The translations under genes were made by a program, and so were the position numbers. From assembly GCA_965213705.1 (NCBI GenBank), contig OZ243913.1, positions 3,232,001 through 3,296,000 of the forward strand: a stretch of DNA of 64,000 nucleotides, written 5' to 3'. The notes beneath the pieces were generated by a model. The model saw only the letters and a list, made by a program, of their open reading frames with translations, had not been told where the DNA came from and did not search any database. Shown piece by piece: positions 22,367 to 33,060 of the stretch (position 1 is its first letter; each line of letters opens with the position of its first letter). This stretch comes from Trueperaceae bacterium. GTDB lineage: Bacteria > Deinococcota > Deinococci > Deinococcales > Trueperaceae.

Positions 22367-22446
22367 AACTTACTCGAGCCACCCAAACCAAACATCACAA
22401 CAAAGATTGAGCGACCGACGTATAGTACGTGACTTGAGGCAACCCT

Positions 22447-23280
22447 GTGAACCCGCGTAAACCTACCCTCTCTCGGCGAGACTTTTTAAAACTCAGCGGT
22501 GGCGTGTCGGCTGCCGGGGTAGTTGCGGGAACCGGCTTGTACGCTGACAGTTACCGCTTCGCCGTCACCCGTCACCGAAAAGCGTTGGCGCATCTTAAAG
22601 CGCCCTTAAAAGTAGCTCACCTCAGCGACCTGCATTTTGGGCGCTGGGTCGGGGAGCGTATGCTCTCAAAGTGGGTGGACGCGACCCTCGCCGAGCGCCC
22701 CGACCTCATCCTCATCACCGGGGACTTTGTCGACTACACGACCACGGACGTTGCGCCCCTGCTCGAGCAGTTGCAGCGTTTGCAAGCGCCGCTGGGCGTG
22801 TACGGCGTTTTGGGCAACCACGACTACGACTTGGGCGAGGCTTTTTTAGTGCGGTTGAAAGAAGGGCTCGAGCGCTCAGGTGTCACCTTGCTCATCAACG
22901 AAGGCGTACAGGTGCGCGACGACCTCTTCTTGGCAGGCACGGACGACCTGTGGGAAGGCGAACTGGATTTGGCCCGAACACTGGCCGAACGGCCGAACGA
23001 CCGGGTGTGTCTGCTCATGACCCACATCCCCGACCTGCTGCCCGTGGTTCCGAACGACGTGGACTTGACCCTGTGCGGCCACACGCACGGCGGGCAGGTC
23101 AAGCTGCCCTTTCACGGCGCGGTCGTGACAGCCTCGAAGTACGGCAGGCGCTTTACCGAGGGTTGGTTCCAAGACCCCGTGACCGCGTTCGTGTCTCGAG
23201 GTTTGGGCTTCGGCATCATGCCCTTGCGGTTTTTGAGCCGCGCTGAGGTCGTGATGCTCGAGCTGACACCGCTCGGTTAG
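22447..23280 (+). CDS. Tat-exported metallophosphoesterase (YkuE-like)
   Basis: SRRDFLK Tat motif; DLH, GD, GNHD, H and GHTH motifs. Confidence 0.9.
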   Translation: MNPRKPTLSRRDFLKLSGGVSAAGVVAGTGLYADSYRFAVTRHRKALAHLKAPLKVAHLSDLHFGRWVGERMLSKWVDATLAERPDLILITGDFVDYTTTDVAPLLEQLQRLQAPLGVYGVLGNHDYDLGEAFLVRLKEGLERSGVTLLINEGVQVRDDLFLAGTDDLWEGELDLARTLAERPNDRVCLLMTHIPDLLPVVPNDVDLTLCGHTHGGQVKLPFHGAVVTASKYGRRFTEGWFQDPVTAFVSRGLGFGIMPLRFLSRAEVVMLELTPLG

Positions 23281-23299
23281 TCAAAGCAGTAGGCAGGGT

Positions 23300-23734
23300 T
23301 TAGGAGGTCGGTTCGTCGGCCTCGAGCCTTTTGCCAAAACTCACGACCTCGTCCAAGGTATAGCCGATGCTTTCGTAAAACTGCCTTACGCCAGCGTTGC
23401 CGCTGCGTACCTGCAAGTTGATTTTTGGGCAACCCAGCGCATGAAGTCTCGTTTCCGCTTCGTCCATCAACTGCCGCCCCCACCCTCTCCCCCGCTGTTC
23501 TAGCGACACGGCGAGGTAGTTGACCCAGCCCCGATGTCCCTCATATCCGGCCATAACCGTGCCGACGATTTTTTCGTCCTCCAGACCGACCAAAAAAAGC
23601 TCGGGCTGCACTTGCAACTTTCGGGCGATGTCTTTGTGCGGGTCGTTCCAGGGGCGTAGCAAGTCGCAAGCCTCCCACAGGGTGATGACGGCGGCTTCGT
23701 CGGCGGGTTGGAAAAGTCGGATGTTCACCTTCAC
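23300..23734 (-). CDS. GNAT acetyltransferase (YpeA-like)
   Basis: RPWNDP.KDI.RK, GYEGHRGWVNYLAV, GCPKINLQVR. Confidence 0.88.
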   Translation of the reverse strand: MKVNIRLFQPADEAAVITLWEACDLLRPWNDPHKDIARKLQVQPELFLVGLEDEKIVGTVMAGYEGHRGWVNYLAVSLEQRGRGWGRQLMDEAETRLHALGCPKINLQVRSGNAGVRQFYESIGYTLDEVVSFGKRLEADEPTS

Positions 23735-23772
23735 AGCCTAACCGCTGAAATCTCGAGGGGCAACTTTCAGGG

Positions 23773-24885
23773 TCAGGACTTTGTGAGCAAATCGGGATGC
23801 TCTGCCAAAGAGTCCAGCAAATAATCCACGTCATCCAAGGTGTTGTAAAAATGTGGCGAAACGCGCAGATTACCGTCACGGCTCGAGACAATCACGTCTT
23901 TCCCAGCCAGCTTCCCGACCAGCGTTTCGACGTCGGGTGACTTCAGGGCTACAAGCGCGCCGTGGTCGTCCGGGGTTGCCACACAAAAGCCCCGTTCCCT
24001 CGCACCTTGTTTAAGTGTGTCCGTAAGCTCGAGCAGATGGGCGGCGATAGCCTCGGTGCCGACGGACCGAACAAGCTCGAGCCCTGCCAGCCCCGCATAA
24101 AGGTTTGGATTGGGCGGCGTCCCCGACTCGAAGCGGCGCGCGCTCTTTGACGGCGCGTGCGCGTAAATGTCGAGCGCCATCACGTCGGCTTGGGCGAACC
24201 AGCCGGTGGCGGTGGGCTCGAGCGCCAAACCCTCCCGCACGTACATAAACGCGAGCCCCGCCGAGCCGAGCAGGTACTTGAGCGACCCGCCGACCAAAAT
24301 GTCGACGCCGAGCGCCTTCACATCAATCGGCATTGTGCCGAGCGACTGGTAGGCGTCGAGCAGCACCAGCGCGCCGTGACGGTGGGCCATGTCGGTGACG
24401 GCCCGCGCGTCTTGCCGCGCGCCGTTCCGGTAGCAAACGTGGGCGAGCGAGACGAGCGCCGTGCGTTCGTCGATGCGCTCGGCGTAGTGCTCGAGGGGAA
24501 TCGCGCCGCCGACTTCCGGAACGTGGACGACCTCCGCGCCGCGCGCCGCTTGCGCGTGCCAGACGTGCGCGACGGTTGGAAATTCGAAGTCGCTTATCAC
24601 AACCCGGTCGCGCTCACCGAACTCGAGCGCACTCGCCAGCGCACTCACCGCCGCCGACACGGAAGTAACCACCGCGATTTCGTCGGGGTGAGCGTTGACA
24701 AGGTTGGCAAAGGCGGTACGGGTTTGCTCGAGCTTGCCCACCCACAATTCCCAGGGCGAGCCGAGCGTTTCCCAGTCCTGTAGGTAAGTCTGATAAGCCG
24801 CTTTGACCTCTGTCGACAGCGCTCCCTTGGAGCAACTGTTGAGGTAAATTTGCGTCTCGAAGATGGGGAAGTGGTCTCGTAACAT
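23773..24885 (-). CDS. PLP-dependent class-V enzyme, probable kynureninase
   Basis: DAYQSLG, GGSLKYLLG (PLP Lys), TGWF, ESGTPP. Last gene of the operon headed by kynA. Confidence 0.7.
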   Translation of the reverse strand: MLRDHFPIFETQIYLNSCSKGALSTEVKAAYQTYLQDWETLGSPWELWVGKLEQTRTAFANLVNAHPDEIAVVTSVSAAVSALASALEFGERDRVVISDFEFPTVAHVWHAQAARGAEVVHVPEVGGAIPLEHYAERIDERTALVSLAHVCYRNGARQDARAVTDMAHRHGALVLLDAYQSLGTMPIDVKALGVDILVGGSLKYLLGSAGLAFMYVREGLALEPTATGWFAQADVMALDIYAHAPSKSARRFESGTPPNPNLYAGLAGLELVRSVGTEAIAAHLLELTDTLKQGARERGFCVATPDDHGALVALKSPDVETLVGKLAGKDVIVSSRDGNLRVSPHFYNTLDDVDYLLDSLAEHPDLLTKS

Positions 24886-24887
24886 CG

Positions 24888-25616
<729 letters not shown>

Positions 25617-25619
25617 AAG

Positions 25620-26399
25620 CTAGCCGAGTTCCTTGTGCCGTCGGCCCAAATACGCCTCGATGACGCTTTCGTCGTTCGTGACTTCTTCATAAGAACCCTC
25701 GGCAATCTTCACACCGTGGTCGAGGACGACGACCCGGTCGGAGATTTTGCCGACCACGTTCATGTCGTGCTCGATGAGCAGGACCGTGTAACCGCCCTCA
25801 TCGCGCAACTTGCCGATGAGACTGGTGATTTCGGCGGACTCGTTGGGGTTCATCCCGGCGGCGGGTTCGTCGAGCAGTAAAAAACGCGCGCCCGTGGTCA
25901 TGGCCCTGGCAATCTCCAACCTTCGCCTGTTCGCATAAGACAAGCTGTAAGCGGGCTGGTCGTAGCGGTAGCCCTGCAAGCGGCTCCCGAAAAAGGCCAG
26001 GTTTTTCTCGGCCTCGGCCCTGATTCGCGCCTCTTCCTCGCGCCAGCCCGGCAAACGCAGCATCGCCGACCACATCCCCGCGCGCGTGTGGCAGTACGCG
26101 CCGGTCATGACGTTCTCGAGCACGCTCATGTTCAGGTACACGCGCAAACTCTGAAAGGTTCGCGCCAACCCCAAAGCCGTGATGGCGTGCGGCCTCATCT
26201 TGAGAAGGGACTTGTCCTTAAACCGAATATCGCCCGCGCCGGGTTTGTAGATGCCGGTGATGAGGTTGATAGCCGTCGATTTCCCCGCCCCGTTGGGACC
26301 GATGATGCTGACGATTTCGCCTTCGGCAACCGTAAGCGACAACTCGCTGATGGCCTTGAGGCCGCCGAAGCTCAAGCTCACGTTCTCGAGACGCAACAC
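25620..26399 (-). CDS. Branched-chain-type ABC ATPase (LivG-like)
   Basis: GPNGAGKST, ARTFQ, LLLDEPAAGMN, EHDM. Confidence 0.93.
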   Translation of the reverse strand: MLRLENVSLSFGGLKAISELSLTVAEGEIVSIIGPNGAGKSTAINLITGIYKPGAGDIRFKDKSLLKMRPHAITALGLARTFQSLRVYLNMSVLENVMTGAYCHTRAGMWSAMLRLPGWREEEARIRAEAEKNLAFFGSRLQGYRYDQPAYSLSYANRRRLEIARAMTTGARFLLLDEPAAGMNPNESAEITSLIGKLRDEGGYTVLLIEHDMNVVGKISDRVVVLDHGVKIAEGSYEEVTNDESVIEAYLGRRHKELG

Positions 26400-27941
26400 C
26401 TAAACGACCTTCACTTCCGCCTTGCCGAGCAAACCTTGGGGACGCACAATCATCAACACGACCAAGGACACCCCGACGATCAAGATGCGGGTGGCGGCGG
26501 GCTCGAGGGCCAGCCTCGTCTCCCAGGAAAATGCGAACGAGTAGAGCGTAAGGCCTAGCAACACGTCGAACAAGCGCGGCCGGTGTTTGAACAAAACAGC
26601 CGCCAGAAGGACGAAAATCGCCCCAATCGTGACGACGTTCCCGACCGTTTGGGCGTCGGCGGGCAGCACGAGCCAACCCTGTACGAGTCGGTTGAGCCAC
26701 GAACCGGTTTGTAGGGGGCTCGAGTTAAGACCGGGCCACACGAAACTCAGCACGAACTTCAGGAGAAGGCCCCCGACAACCGTCCCGCCGACGACAAAGG
26801 CGAAGCGCCGCCAGGATTTCAAAACCGTCCATACGCCGAGCAGCCCAAGACCGTAAAAAAAGAAGCTCGCCAGCGTGACGCTCCGCAAAACCTCGGGCAA
26901 GACGGTAAAGATAAACGCGCCCAAAACCACGCCCGACAAACTGCCGATGCCGCCCAGCACCACCATCGCGTAAAGGTTGATAAGCGTCAAGGCGCTGTAG
27001 CGCGGCACCGGCACCACGTTCGCCAACCACGCCGCCTCGACCGAGCCCGCCAGCGCGGCAATGCCCGCGCCGACGGCGAAGGCCAGGATTTTCAGTCGTC
27101 CGGTCGGCGTCCCCATCGTCTCGGCGGCGAGTTCGTCGTCGCGAATCGCGCGCCAGGCGCGGCCGATGCGCGAGGTGTTGAGGTTGTGAACTGCCACATA
27201 AACGAGGGCGAGCAAAACCAAAAAAAGATAGTAGTAGTCCAGGGTCGAGTCGAAGCGAAAGCCGAACAAAGAAATATCGTCCAGGCGGTTGATGCCGTTG
27301 GGACCCCTCGTCAAGTCCACCGGGCGGTCACTCCAAGGAAAAGTCACCCGCGTCAGCGTCAGGGCAAGCTGCACGAATACCAGCCCGAACCCCAAGGTGA
27401 CGATGGCTAAATAATCCCCCGACAAACGCAGCGACACCGACCCGACGAGCGCGCCGACGAGCGCGACCACCAGGATGACGAGCGGCACGCTGACCCAGGA
27501 CGGCAGGTGCAACCCGTCCGGCCCGAAGGCGGTCACAAAGTCGGACGAGGTGTAAGCGTACAGGTAGCCCGCCAGCCCGTAAAAGGCCACGTAACCTAAA
27601 TCGAGCAGCCCGGCATAACCCACGACCACGTTCAGGCCGATTGCCAGCAGCGCAAAAACAAGAAAGCGCGCGCCCGTGCGCAGAATAAAGTCGTTGTTGC
27701 TCGAGCCTATCAGTTCCAAAAACAAATTCGTCCCGCTCAGCAACGGTAGGGCGACGAGCAGCAGCCCGACGAGCGCGTAGCGCCACAGCAGCGGCACCCG
27801 CTCCCAACGGTTGGCGACGCCGCCCCAAAACCCGGCGCGTTTGCGTTTGCGGCTCTCCGCCTGCGCGACCCATTCATCGGTGCCGATGCGCGGGTCTTGG
27901 CTTTGCGGATGGTTGTCCGAGGGGGGAAGCTGCTCGGCCAC
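26400..27941 (-). CDS. Branched-chain-type ABC permease (LivM-like, extended)
   Basis: GLNVVVGYAGLLDLG, LRLSGDYLAIVTLGF, GRAWRAIRDDE. Confidence 0.9.
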   Translation of the reverse strand: MAEQLPPSDNHPQSQDPRIGTDEWVAQAESRKRKRAGFWGGVANRWERVPLLWRYALVGLLLVALPLLSGTNLFLELIGSSNNDFILRTGARFLVFALLAIGLNVVVGYAGLLDLGYVAFYGLAGYLYAYTSSDFVTAFGPDGLHLPSWVSVPLVILVVALVGALVGSVSLRLSGDYLAIVTLGFGLVFVQLALTLTRVTFPWSDRPVDLTRGPNGINRLDDISLFGFRFDSTLDYYYLFLVLLALVYVAVHNLNTSRIGRAWRAIRDDELAAETMGTPTGRLKILAFAVGAGIAALAGSVEAAWLANVVPVPRYSALTLINLYAMVVLGGIGSLSGVVLGAFIFTVLPEVLRSVTLASFFFYGLGLLGVWTVLKSWRRFAFVVGGTVVGGLLLKFVLSFVWPGLNSSPLQTGSWLNRLVQGWLVLPADAQTVGNVVTIGAIFVLLAAVLFKHRPRLFDVLLGLTLYSFAFSWETRLALEPAATRILIVGVSLVVLMIVRPQGLLGKAEVKVV

Positions 27942-27943
27942 GC

Positions 27944-28873
27944 CTAGACCTTCTGCACGATTCGCTTGCCCAACAAGCCACTCGGTTTGATGAGCAAGAT
28001 GACCACGAGGATGACGAAAGCGACCGCATCCTTGAACGTCGCGGAAAGGTACACGCTCGTAAACGCTTCAGCGAGGCCCAAAATGAGCCCGCCCAGCATC
28101 GCGCCGGGAATGCTGCCGATGCCGCCGACGACCGCCGCGGTAAAGCCTTTTAGTCCGGCGACGAAGCCCATCGTGTGCCGGATGCTGAAGAAAACGATGC
28201 CGACCAGCACGCCCGCCGCCCCCGCCAACACCGCGCCGATAAAAAAGGTGGCGAGGACGACGCGGTTGACATCCACGCCCATCATCTCGGCGGCGTCCAA
28301 GTCGGTCGAGACCGCCCGCATCGCGCGGCCCAGCCGCGTCTGTTGTACGAAATAGGTGAGCGCCAGCATCAGCACTACGGTCACGCCGATGACGAGAAGT
28401 CTCGAGGCGTGAATTCGCAAGTCTCCGACCATCACCCCGGCGTTCAGATTGATGAGCGTGTTGCTGCCGTAACTCAAGGGGCGCGGGCTCACGGTGATTT
28501 GCACGAGGTTTTGCAGGATGAACGACACGCCCAGCGCACTGATGAGGGGCGCGATGCGCGGCGCATAGCGCAGCGGGCGATAAGCGAACCGCTCGACCGC
28601 GACGCTCACTACCCCGGCCCCGACCATCGCCACGACCAGCATGAGCACAATCACGAGCGCCGCCGGAATGAGCGTGCCCGTTTCGGCGTTGAACATGATA
28701 AACACGCCGTAACCGAGGTAAGCCCCAATCATGTAAATGTCGCCGTGGGCGAAGTTGAGCAGTTTCAAAATACCGTAGACCATCGAATAGCCGAGCGCGA
28801 TGAGGCCGTAAACGCTGCCCAGGGTGAGGCCGTTCAGCAAGGTTTGGGGAAGAAGTGTGAGAAACCCGTCCAT
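27944..28873 (-). CDS. Branched-chain-type ABC permease (LivH-like)
   Basis: NGLTLGSVYGLIALGYSMVYGIL..LNFAHG, GRAMRAV. Confidence 0.93.
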   Translation of the reverse strand: MDGFLTLLPQTLLNGLTLGSVYGLIALGYSMVYGILKLLNFAHGDIYMIGAYLGYGVFIMFNAETGTLIPAALVIVLMLVVAMVGAGVVSVAVERFAYRPLRYAPRIAPLISALGVSFILQNLVQITVSPRPLSYGSNTLINLNAGVMVGDLRIHASRLLVIGVTVVLMLALTYFVQQTRLGRAMRAVSTDLDAAEMMGVDVNRVVLATFFIGAVLAGAAGVLVGIVFFSIRHTMGFVAGLKGFTAAVVGGIGSIPGAMLGGLILGLAEAFTSVYLSATFKDAVAFVILVVILLIKPSGLLGKRIVQKV

Positions 28874-28881
28874 ACGTCGTC

Positions 28882-28907
28882 GTAGGGGCGGGTTTCAAAC
28901 CCGCCCC
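28882..28907. repeat. GTAG-type REP-like palindrome
   Basis: GTAG overlapping GGGGCGGGTTT-C-AAACCCGCCCC, in the gap between the SBP gene and the LivH-like gene. Confidence 0.75.
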
Positions 28908-28917
28908 CGTGGGTGCT

Positions 28918-30021
28918 CTAGCGCTCGACCAGCGTAAACTTGCCGTCTTGCACCTGGAACAAGAAAAACTGCGTATTCTCGGCCTGGTTGTTCTCACCGA
29001 AGGAAACGTTCACGCCCGCAGGCGTCTCCAGGCTCATGTTCTGCAGCGCGTCCACCACGCACTCGCGCGTCATGTCGTCGGCACAGGTCTCGATAGCGTC
29101 CAAGGCAACAAAGGTCGCCAGCGCCGACGCGCCGCCGAACGCGCCGAAGTTTTCAGTGAACTCGGCCCGGTAGGCGTCGTTGTAGGGCTGCATCGTCTCG
29201 ACCTGGTTTGGGTCGGGCGCGAAGAAGGTGACGTAAGCGCCCTCGGCGGCCGGTCCGGCGATGTCCACCCACTCGAGGCTGAAACCCCCGTCGGGCATGA
29301 ACAGGATGCCCTCGTAGCCCTGTTGATTGAGGGCGACCGCGAGACCCCCTGCTTGGCTCGAGATTTGGTTCGGAAAAAACACCACGTCCGCGCCCGAAGC
29401 GACCGCCGCCGTGGCGACCGAGGAAAAGTCAGTCTCGTCTTGCGTGATAGACGTCCGCGTGACGTCGGTGACGCCCGCCTCGCGGAGCAAGTTCTCGACC
29501 TCGTCGTTCAGCCCGACCGCGTAGCTCGACTGGTCGTCAAGCATGAAGGCCGAGGTAACGCCCAAGTCGTTCATCCAGATGTCCACAATCGTTTTGCTCT
29601 GGTCGGCGTCGTTGGGAATGGGCCGGAAGAAAGTCGGGGTGCCGGGGTCGGTCAGGTCGGTGCGGGTGCAGGCTTGGGTAATCTGCGCCAGACCGGCGTC
29701 TTCAAAAATAGGCTGCGTCGCCTCGCACACCTGGCTGCCCATCGGGCCGACGACCACGTAAAGGTCGGGGTCGGCAGCGAGCCGCTCAGCCACTACGCGG
29801 CCCACGTCCGGGTTGATTTCGGTGTCGCCCTGGACGAGTTCGACGTTCATGCCGGTGCGCTCGTTAAAGGCGTCGACGACGACCTTGGTAAAGCCAAATG
29901 CCTCTTGCCCAATGGACGCGGCCCCACCGGTCAGCGGCCCCATAAAGGCGAGCTTGACGCTCTGCGCCGCGGTGAGGTTGAGGAGTAGGGCGACGAGAAG
30001 GACGGATAAAAGTTTCTTCAT
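28918..30021 (-). CDS. ABC substrate-binding protein (LivK/LivJ family)
   Basis: Signal peptide, GPLTG.AA..G, VVGP..S, FFR....D..Q. Heads the permease genes. Confidence 0.9.
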   Translation of the reverse strand: MKKLLSVLLVALLLNLTAAQSVKLAFMGPLTGGAASIGQEAFGFTKVVVDAFNERTGMNVELVQGDTEINPDVGRVVAERLAADPDLYVVVGPMGSQVCEATQPIFEDAGLAQITQACTRTDLTDPGTPTFFRPIPNDADQSKTIVDIWMNDLGVTSAFMLDDQSSYAVGLNDEVENLLREAGVTDVTRTSITQDETDFSSVATAAVASGADVVFFPNQISSQAGGLAVALNQQGYEGILFMPDGGFSLEWVDIAGPAAEGAYVTFFAPDPNQVETMQPYNDAYRAEFTENFGAFGGASALATFVALDAIETCADDMTRECVVDALQNMSLETPAGVNVSFGENNQAENTQFFLFQVQDGKFTLVER

Positions 30022-30040
30022 GGTGTTGCCTCCTTGAATT

Positions 30041-30110
30041 AAGTATCGAGTACCGAGTAAAAAGTTGAAAGTAAAACTAAATGCTTTTACGTCCTATCTC
30101 CTCTGCTCCT
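30041..30110 (+). repeat. Dispersed heptamer-built repeat (AGTACCG family), copy A
   Basis: AAGTATCGAGTACCGAGTAAAAAGTTGAAAG...GCTTTT...TCCTATCTCCTCTGC; homologous to the reverse complement of 38571-38664. Confidence 0.8.
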
Positions 30111-30555
30111 TACTCTCTTCTAGCGGCCGGTGCTGCGACGGGTAATCCACAATCTTGTCCCATTCGTCCGCAGCCGAGCGCGCCACCACCGCGACGAGCG
30201 GGCCGTCGCCGATGTTGAACACTTCGTGGGGCACGCCGGGTTCGATGTAAATGAAGTCGCCCGCCTCGTTCTCGACCGAGTGCTGCAAGTCGGGGCCGAA
30301 GTCGTGGCGGACGCGGCCCTCGAGGATAAACAGCATCACCTCGAAACCGTCGTGGATGTGGGCGTAAGCCACAGCCCCCGGCGGCACCGTGGCGACGTTC
30401 ATGGACAAGCCCTGCGCCCCCACATTTTTGCCCGACAAGCCGGTCTTGTAACGGATGCCGTTCCAGGCGCGGTTGTCGGCCCCGCCGCCACGAATGGTTT
30501 GAACGCCGCCCAAGTCTTCGACATATTTTTTCAGGTCTTCTTCGGTTTCGGCCAC
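30094..30555 (-). CDS. Cupin domain protein
   Basis: AHIH..FE...ILEG and GDFIYIEPGVPHE motifs. Sits between kynA and the SBP gene. Confidence 0.85.
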   Translation of the reverse strand: MAETEEDLKKYVEDLGGVQTIRGGGADNRAWNGIRYKTGLSGKNVGAQGLSMNVATVPPGAVAYAHIHDGFEVMLFILEGRVRHDFGPDLQHSVENEAGDFIYIEPGVPHEVFNIGDGPLVAVVARSAADEWDKIVDYPSQHRPLEESKEQRR

Positions 30556-30703
30556 ACAACCTCCTCAAAAGCTCGTCTTCGGGCCAGGTGAAGTCACTCT
30601 CGTTTCTGTACCCGGCCTTACAGTTTAGTTACAGCCTAACCCAAGTTGCCGCAGGGGGTTGTGGATTGATAAAGCAGTTGGGAAAACCTTTCCCGCAAGC
30701 TTT

Positions 30704-31501
30704 CTACAGCCTCGAGCGAATCTCCCACAGGTCGGGAAACAAGGGCTTCAAGGTCGTCTCCAAATAACCCACCCCGGCCGAGCCGCCCGTGCCCAGCTTG
30801 TGCCCGATGGTGCGCTCGACCATCTTGACGTGGCGGTAGCGCCACTCTTGCAGGCCTTCGTCGAAGTCGACCAAACGTTCGCACACGTCGGCGGTGGCGG
30901 GGTCGTGGCGGTAAACCTCGATGAGGAGGGTCTGCAGCTCAGGGGAAGCTTCGACGCTCTGGGTCACGTCGCGCTGCAAAAGTTCGGCGGGCACCTCATA
31001 GCTCAGGCTCAAGTAGTGTAAAAACGCGTCCCACAGCGTGGGAGCCCGGTAGCGCGCCTCGAGCCGCCGCCGTCCCGGTTCGCCCTCGAAGTGGCCTTTC
31101 AAAATACCCGCCCGCTTGTAACCGAGCGCGAACTCCAACTCCCGAAACTGGTGCGACTGAAACCCGCTGCTCGCCCCCAGGCGGTCGCGGAAGCTGTTGA
31201 ATTCCAGCGGCGTCATGGTCTCGAGCACGTCCACCTGGGCGACGACGGTTTTGAGAATCGTCAACATCCGCTTGAAGGTGTGGAGGACGCGCGGCGTGTC
31301 TCCGCGGCGCAGCAGACCGCACGCGTAGTCGAGTTCGTGCAGCAGTTGCCGGAACCAGAGTTCGTAGGTTTGGTGGATGACGATGAACAGCATCTCGTCG
31401 TGCTCGCGTGAGGCGGGCGTTTGCAGCTCGAGCAGTTCCTCGACGCGGAGGTAGCTCGAGTAGGTGATGGTTTTGTGTGGCTTAGGGTCGGGTGTTTTCA
31501 T
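30704..31501 (-). CDS. kynA: Tryptophan 2,3-dioxygenase
   Basis: YSSYL...LL, HDEMLFIVIHQTYELWF, SSGFQS.QFR, WRYRH..MVERTIG.K.GTGGS.G. Confidence 0.97.
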   Translation of the reverse strand: MKTPDPKPHKTITYSSYLRVEELLELQTPASREHDEMLFIVIHQTYELWFRQLLHELDYACGLLRRGDTPRVLHTFKRMLTILKTVVAQVDVLETMTPLEFNSFRDRLGASSGFQSHQFRELEFALGYKRAGILKGHFEGEPGRRRLEARYRAPTLWDAFLHYLSLSYEVPAELLQRDVTQSVEASPELQTLLIEVYRHDPATADVCERLVDFDEGLQEWRYRHVKMVERTIGHKLGTGGSAGVGYLETTLKPLFPDLWEIRSRL

Positions 31502-31624
31502 GGTGATCTTCTCATCGTAGCACTTTCGCGTTCCGGGTCGAGGCTGACGTTACTCGTGCAGCCGACGAGAAACAAAGAACGTAAGCTCAAAGCAAGTCGG
31601 CTATACTCTTCTCAAGGAGACCCG

Positions 31625-31888
31625 ATGCGTTACGTGAGCGCTGATGAACAGAAAAAGGGCTTTGTTGCCGACTTGCTCAATCTGCTCGGCCAAGCTAAAG
31701 AACCTGTCACCCTTCAACAGGATGGGGAAGACGTGGCAGTCGTTCTGTCACCAAGACAGTTTGATGCGTTTGCAAACATTAGAGACCAGCAGATTAAAGA
31801 GTTTTTCGCTGCAAGAGACGCCCTAGCTGAAGAAGCGCAGCGCAACGGTTTGACCGAGGAAAAGTTGGCTGAAATTCTGAATGAGTGA
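31625..31888 (+). CDS. Phd/YefM-like antitoxin
   Basis: EPVTL...GEDVAVVLSP; C-terminal GLTEEKLAEIL. Overlaps the downstream PIN gene. Confidence 0.8.
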   Translation: MRYVSADEQKKGFVADLLNLLGQAKEPVTLQQDGEDVAVVLSPRQFDAFANIRDQQIKEFFAARDALAEEAQRNGLTEEKLAEILNE

Positions 31889-32306
31889 TGCTCGACCGCG
31901 CTTTGTGCTCGACACAAACACATTGGTGAGCGCCGCTTTGTTTCCACATGGACTACCGGGTCGGGTTTTAGACAAAGTAGTAGCTGAGGGCTTGCTCATC
32001 GTTTCTGCGCAAACATGGGCAGAATTTGTAGAAGTTTTGTACCGTGACAAGTTCGACAAGTATCTTTCCGACTTAAGGCGAAAAGCCTTTCTCGACTCTG
32101 TAGAGGCAGTTAGTTTCACAGTAGAGATTCAGGAAACCATCACAGCCTGCCGCGACCCGAAGGACGATAAGTTTCTCGAGGTAGCAGTCAACGGCCTCGC
32201 AGATGTCATCGTCACGGGTGACAAAGATTTGTTAGTGCTAGACCCTTTCAGAAATATTCCCGTTGTCGAAGCGCGGGCCTTTCTCGAGACCTTCGGCGAA
32301 ACTTGA
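31881..32306 (+). CDS. PIN-domain toxin (PIN_3 type)
   Basis: VLDTNTLVSA, CRDPKDDKFLEVA, IVTGDKDLL. Confidence 0.9.
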   Translation: MSDARPRFVLDTNTLVSAALFPHGLPGRVLDKVVAEGLLIVSAQTWAEFVEVLYRDKFDKYLSDLRRKAFLDSVEAVSFTVEIQETITACRDPKDDKFLEVAVNGLADVIVTGDKDLLVLDPFRNIPVVEARAFLETFGET

Positions 32307-32357
32307 CCTGCCTTATGTTCGGCTGTCTCCACCAACACTCGTCAACCGTCCGAGAAT

Positions 32358-33059
32358 TTAAACACCTAAATAGCGCCGCTTCAGCTCGGGCTGCGCGGCG
32401 AGGTCTAGGCTCGAGCCCGTCCACACCACGCGGCCCTTTTCCAAAACATAACTGCGGTCGGTGACGCTCAGCATTTCCGAGAGGTTGCTGTCCACGATGA
32501 GGATGGCTTGGTTCTCGGCTTTGAGCTGCTTGATGCTGCGCCAAATGTCCTCACGCAGCAGCGGCGCGAGCCCTTCGGTCGCCTCGTCCAGGACGAGCAG
32601 CTTTGGGTTGGTGAGGAGGGCTCGAGCGATGGCGAGCATCTGCTGTTCGCCACCCGAGAGTTGGTTGCCCAAGTTCCGCCGCCGCTCCTGCAGGCGGGGG
32701 AACAGGTCGTAAACGCGCTCGAGCGTCCAGGCGTCGGGTTTGTCAAACGGGTTACGCGCGGTGGCGACGAGGTTTTCCTCGGTGCTCAAGTTGGGGAAAA
32801 TGCGCCGTCCCTCTGGCACCAATCCGAGGCCGCGCCGCGCGATTCGGTGTGCAGGTTGACCGCTGACGAGCTTGTCTTCAAAGTGAATCTCGCCGCTACT
32901 CGGCGGGGTCAAGCCCATAATGGAGCGCACTGTCGTCGTTTTGCCCATGCCGTTGCGCCCGAGCAGACCGACTACCTCGCCTGCGCCGACCTCCAAACTC
33001 ACGCCGAACAGGACTTGCGACGCGCCGTAGGCGGTGTCGATGGCGGTGACGCTGAGCAC
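32358..33059 (-). CDS. ABC ATPase (LivF-like), second system
   Basis: GRNGMGKTT, LSGGEQQM, LDEATEGL. Confidence 0.93.
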   Translation of the reverse strand: MLSVTAIDTAYGASQVLFGVSLEVGAGEVVGLLGRNGMGKTTTVRSIMGLTPPSSGEIHFEDKLVSGQPAHRIARRGLGLVPEGRRIFPNLSTEENLVATARNPFDKPDAWTLERVYDLFPRLQERRRNLGNQLSGGEQQMLAIARALLTNPKLLVLDEATEGLAPLLREDIWRSIKQLKAENQAILIVDSNLSEMLSVTDRSYVLEKGRVVWTGSSLDLAAQPELKRRYLGV

Positions 33060-33060
33060 C

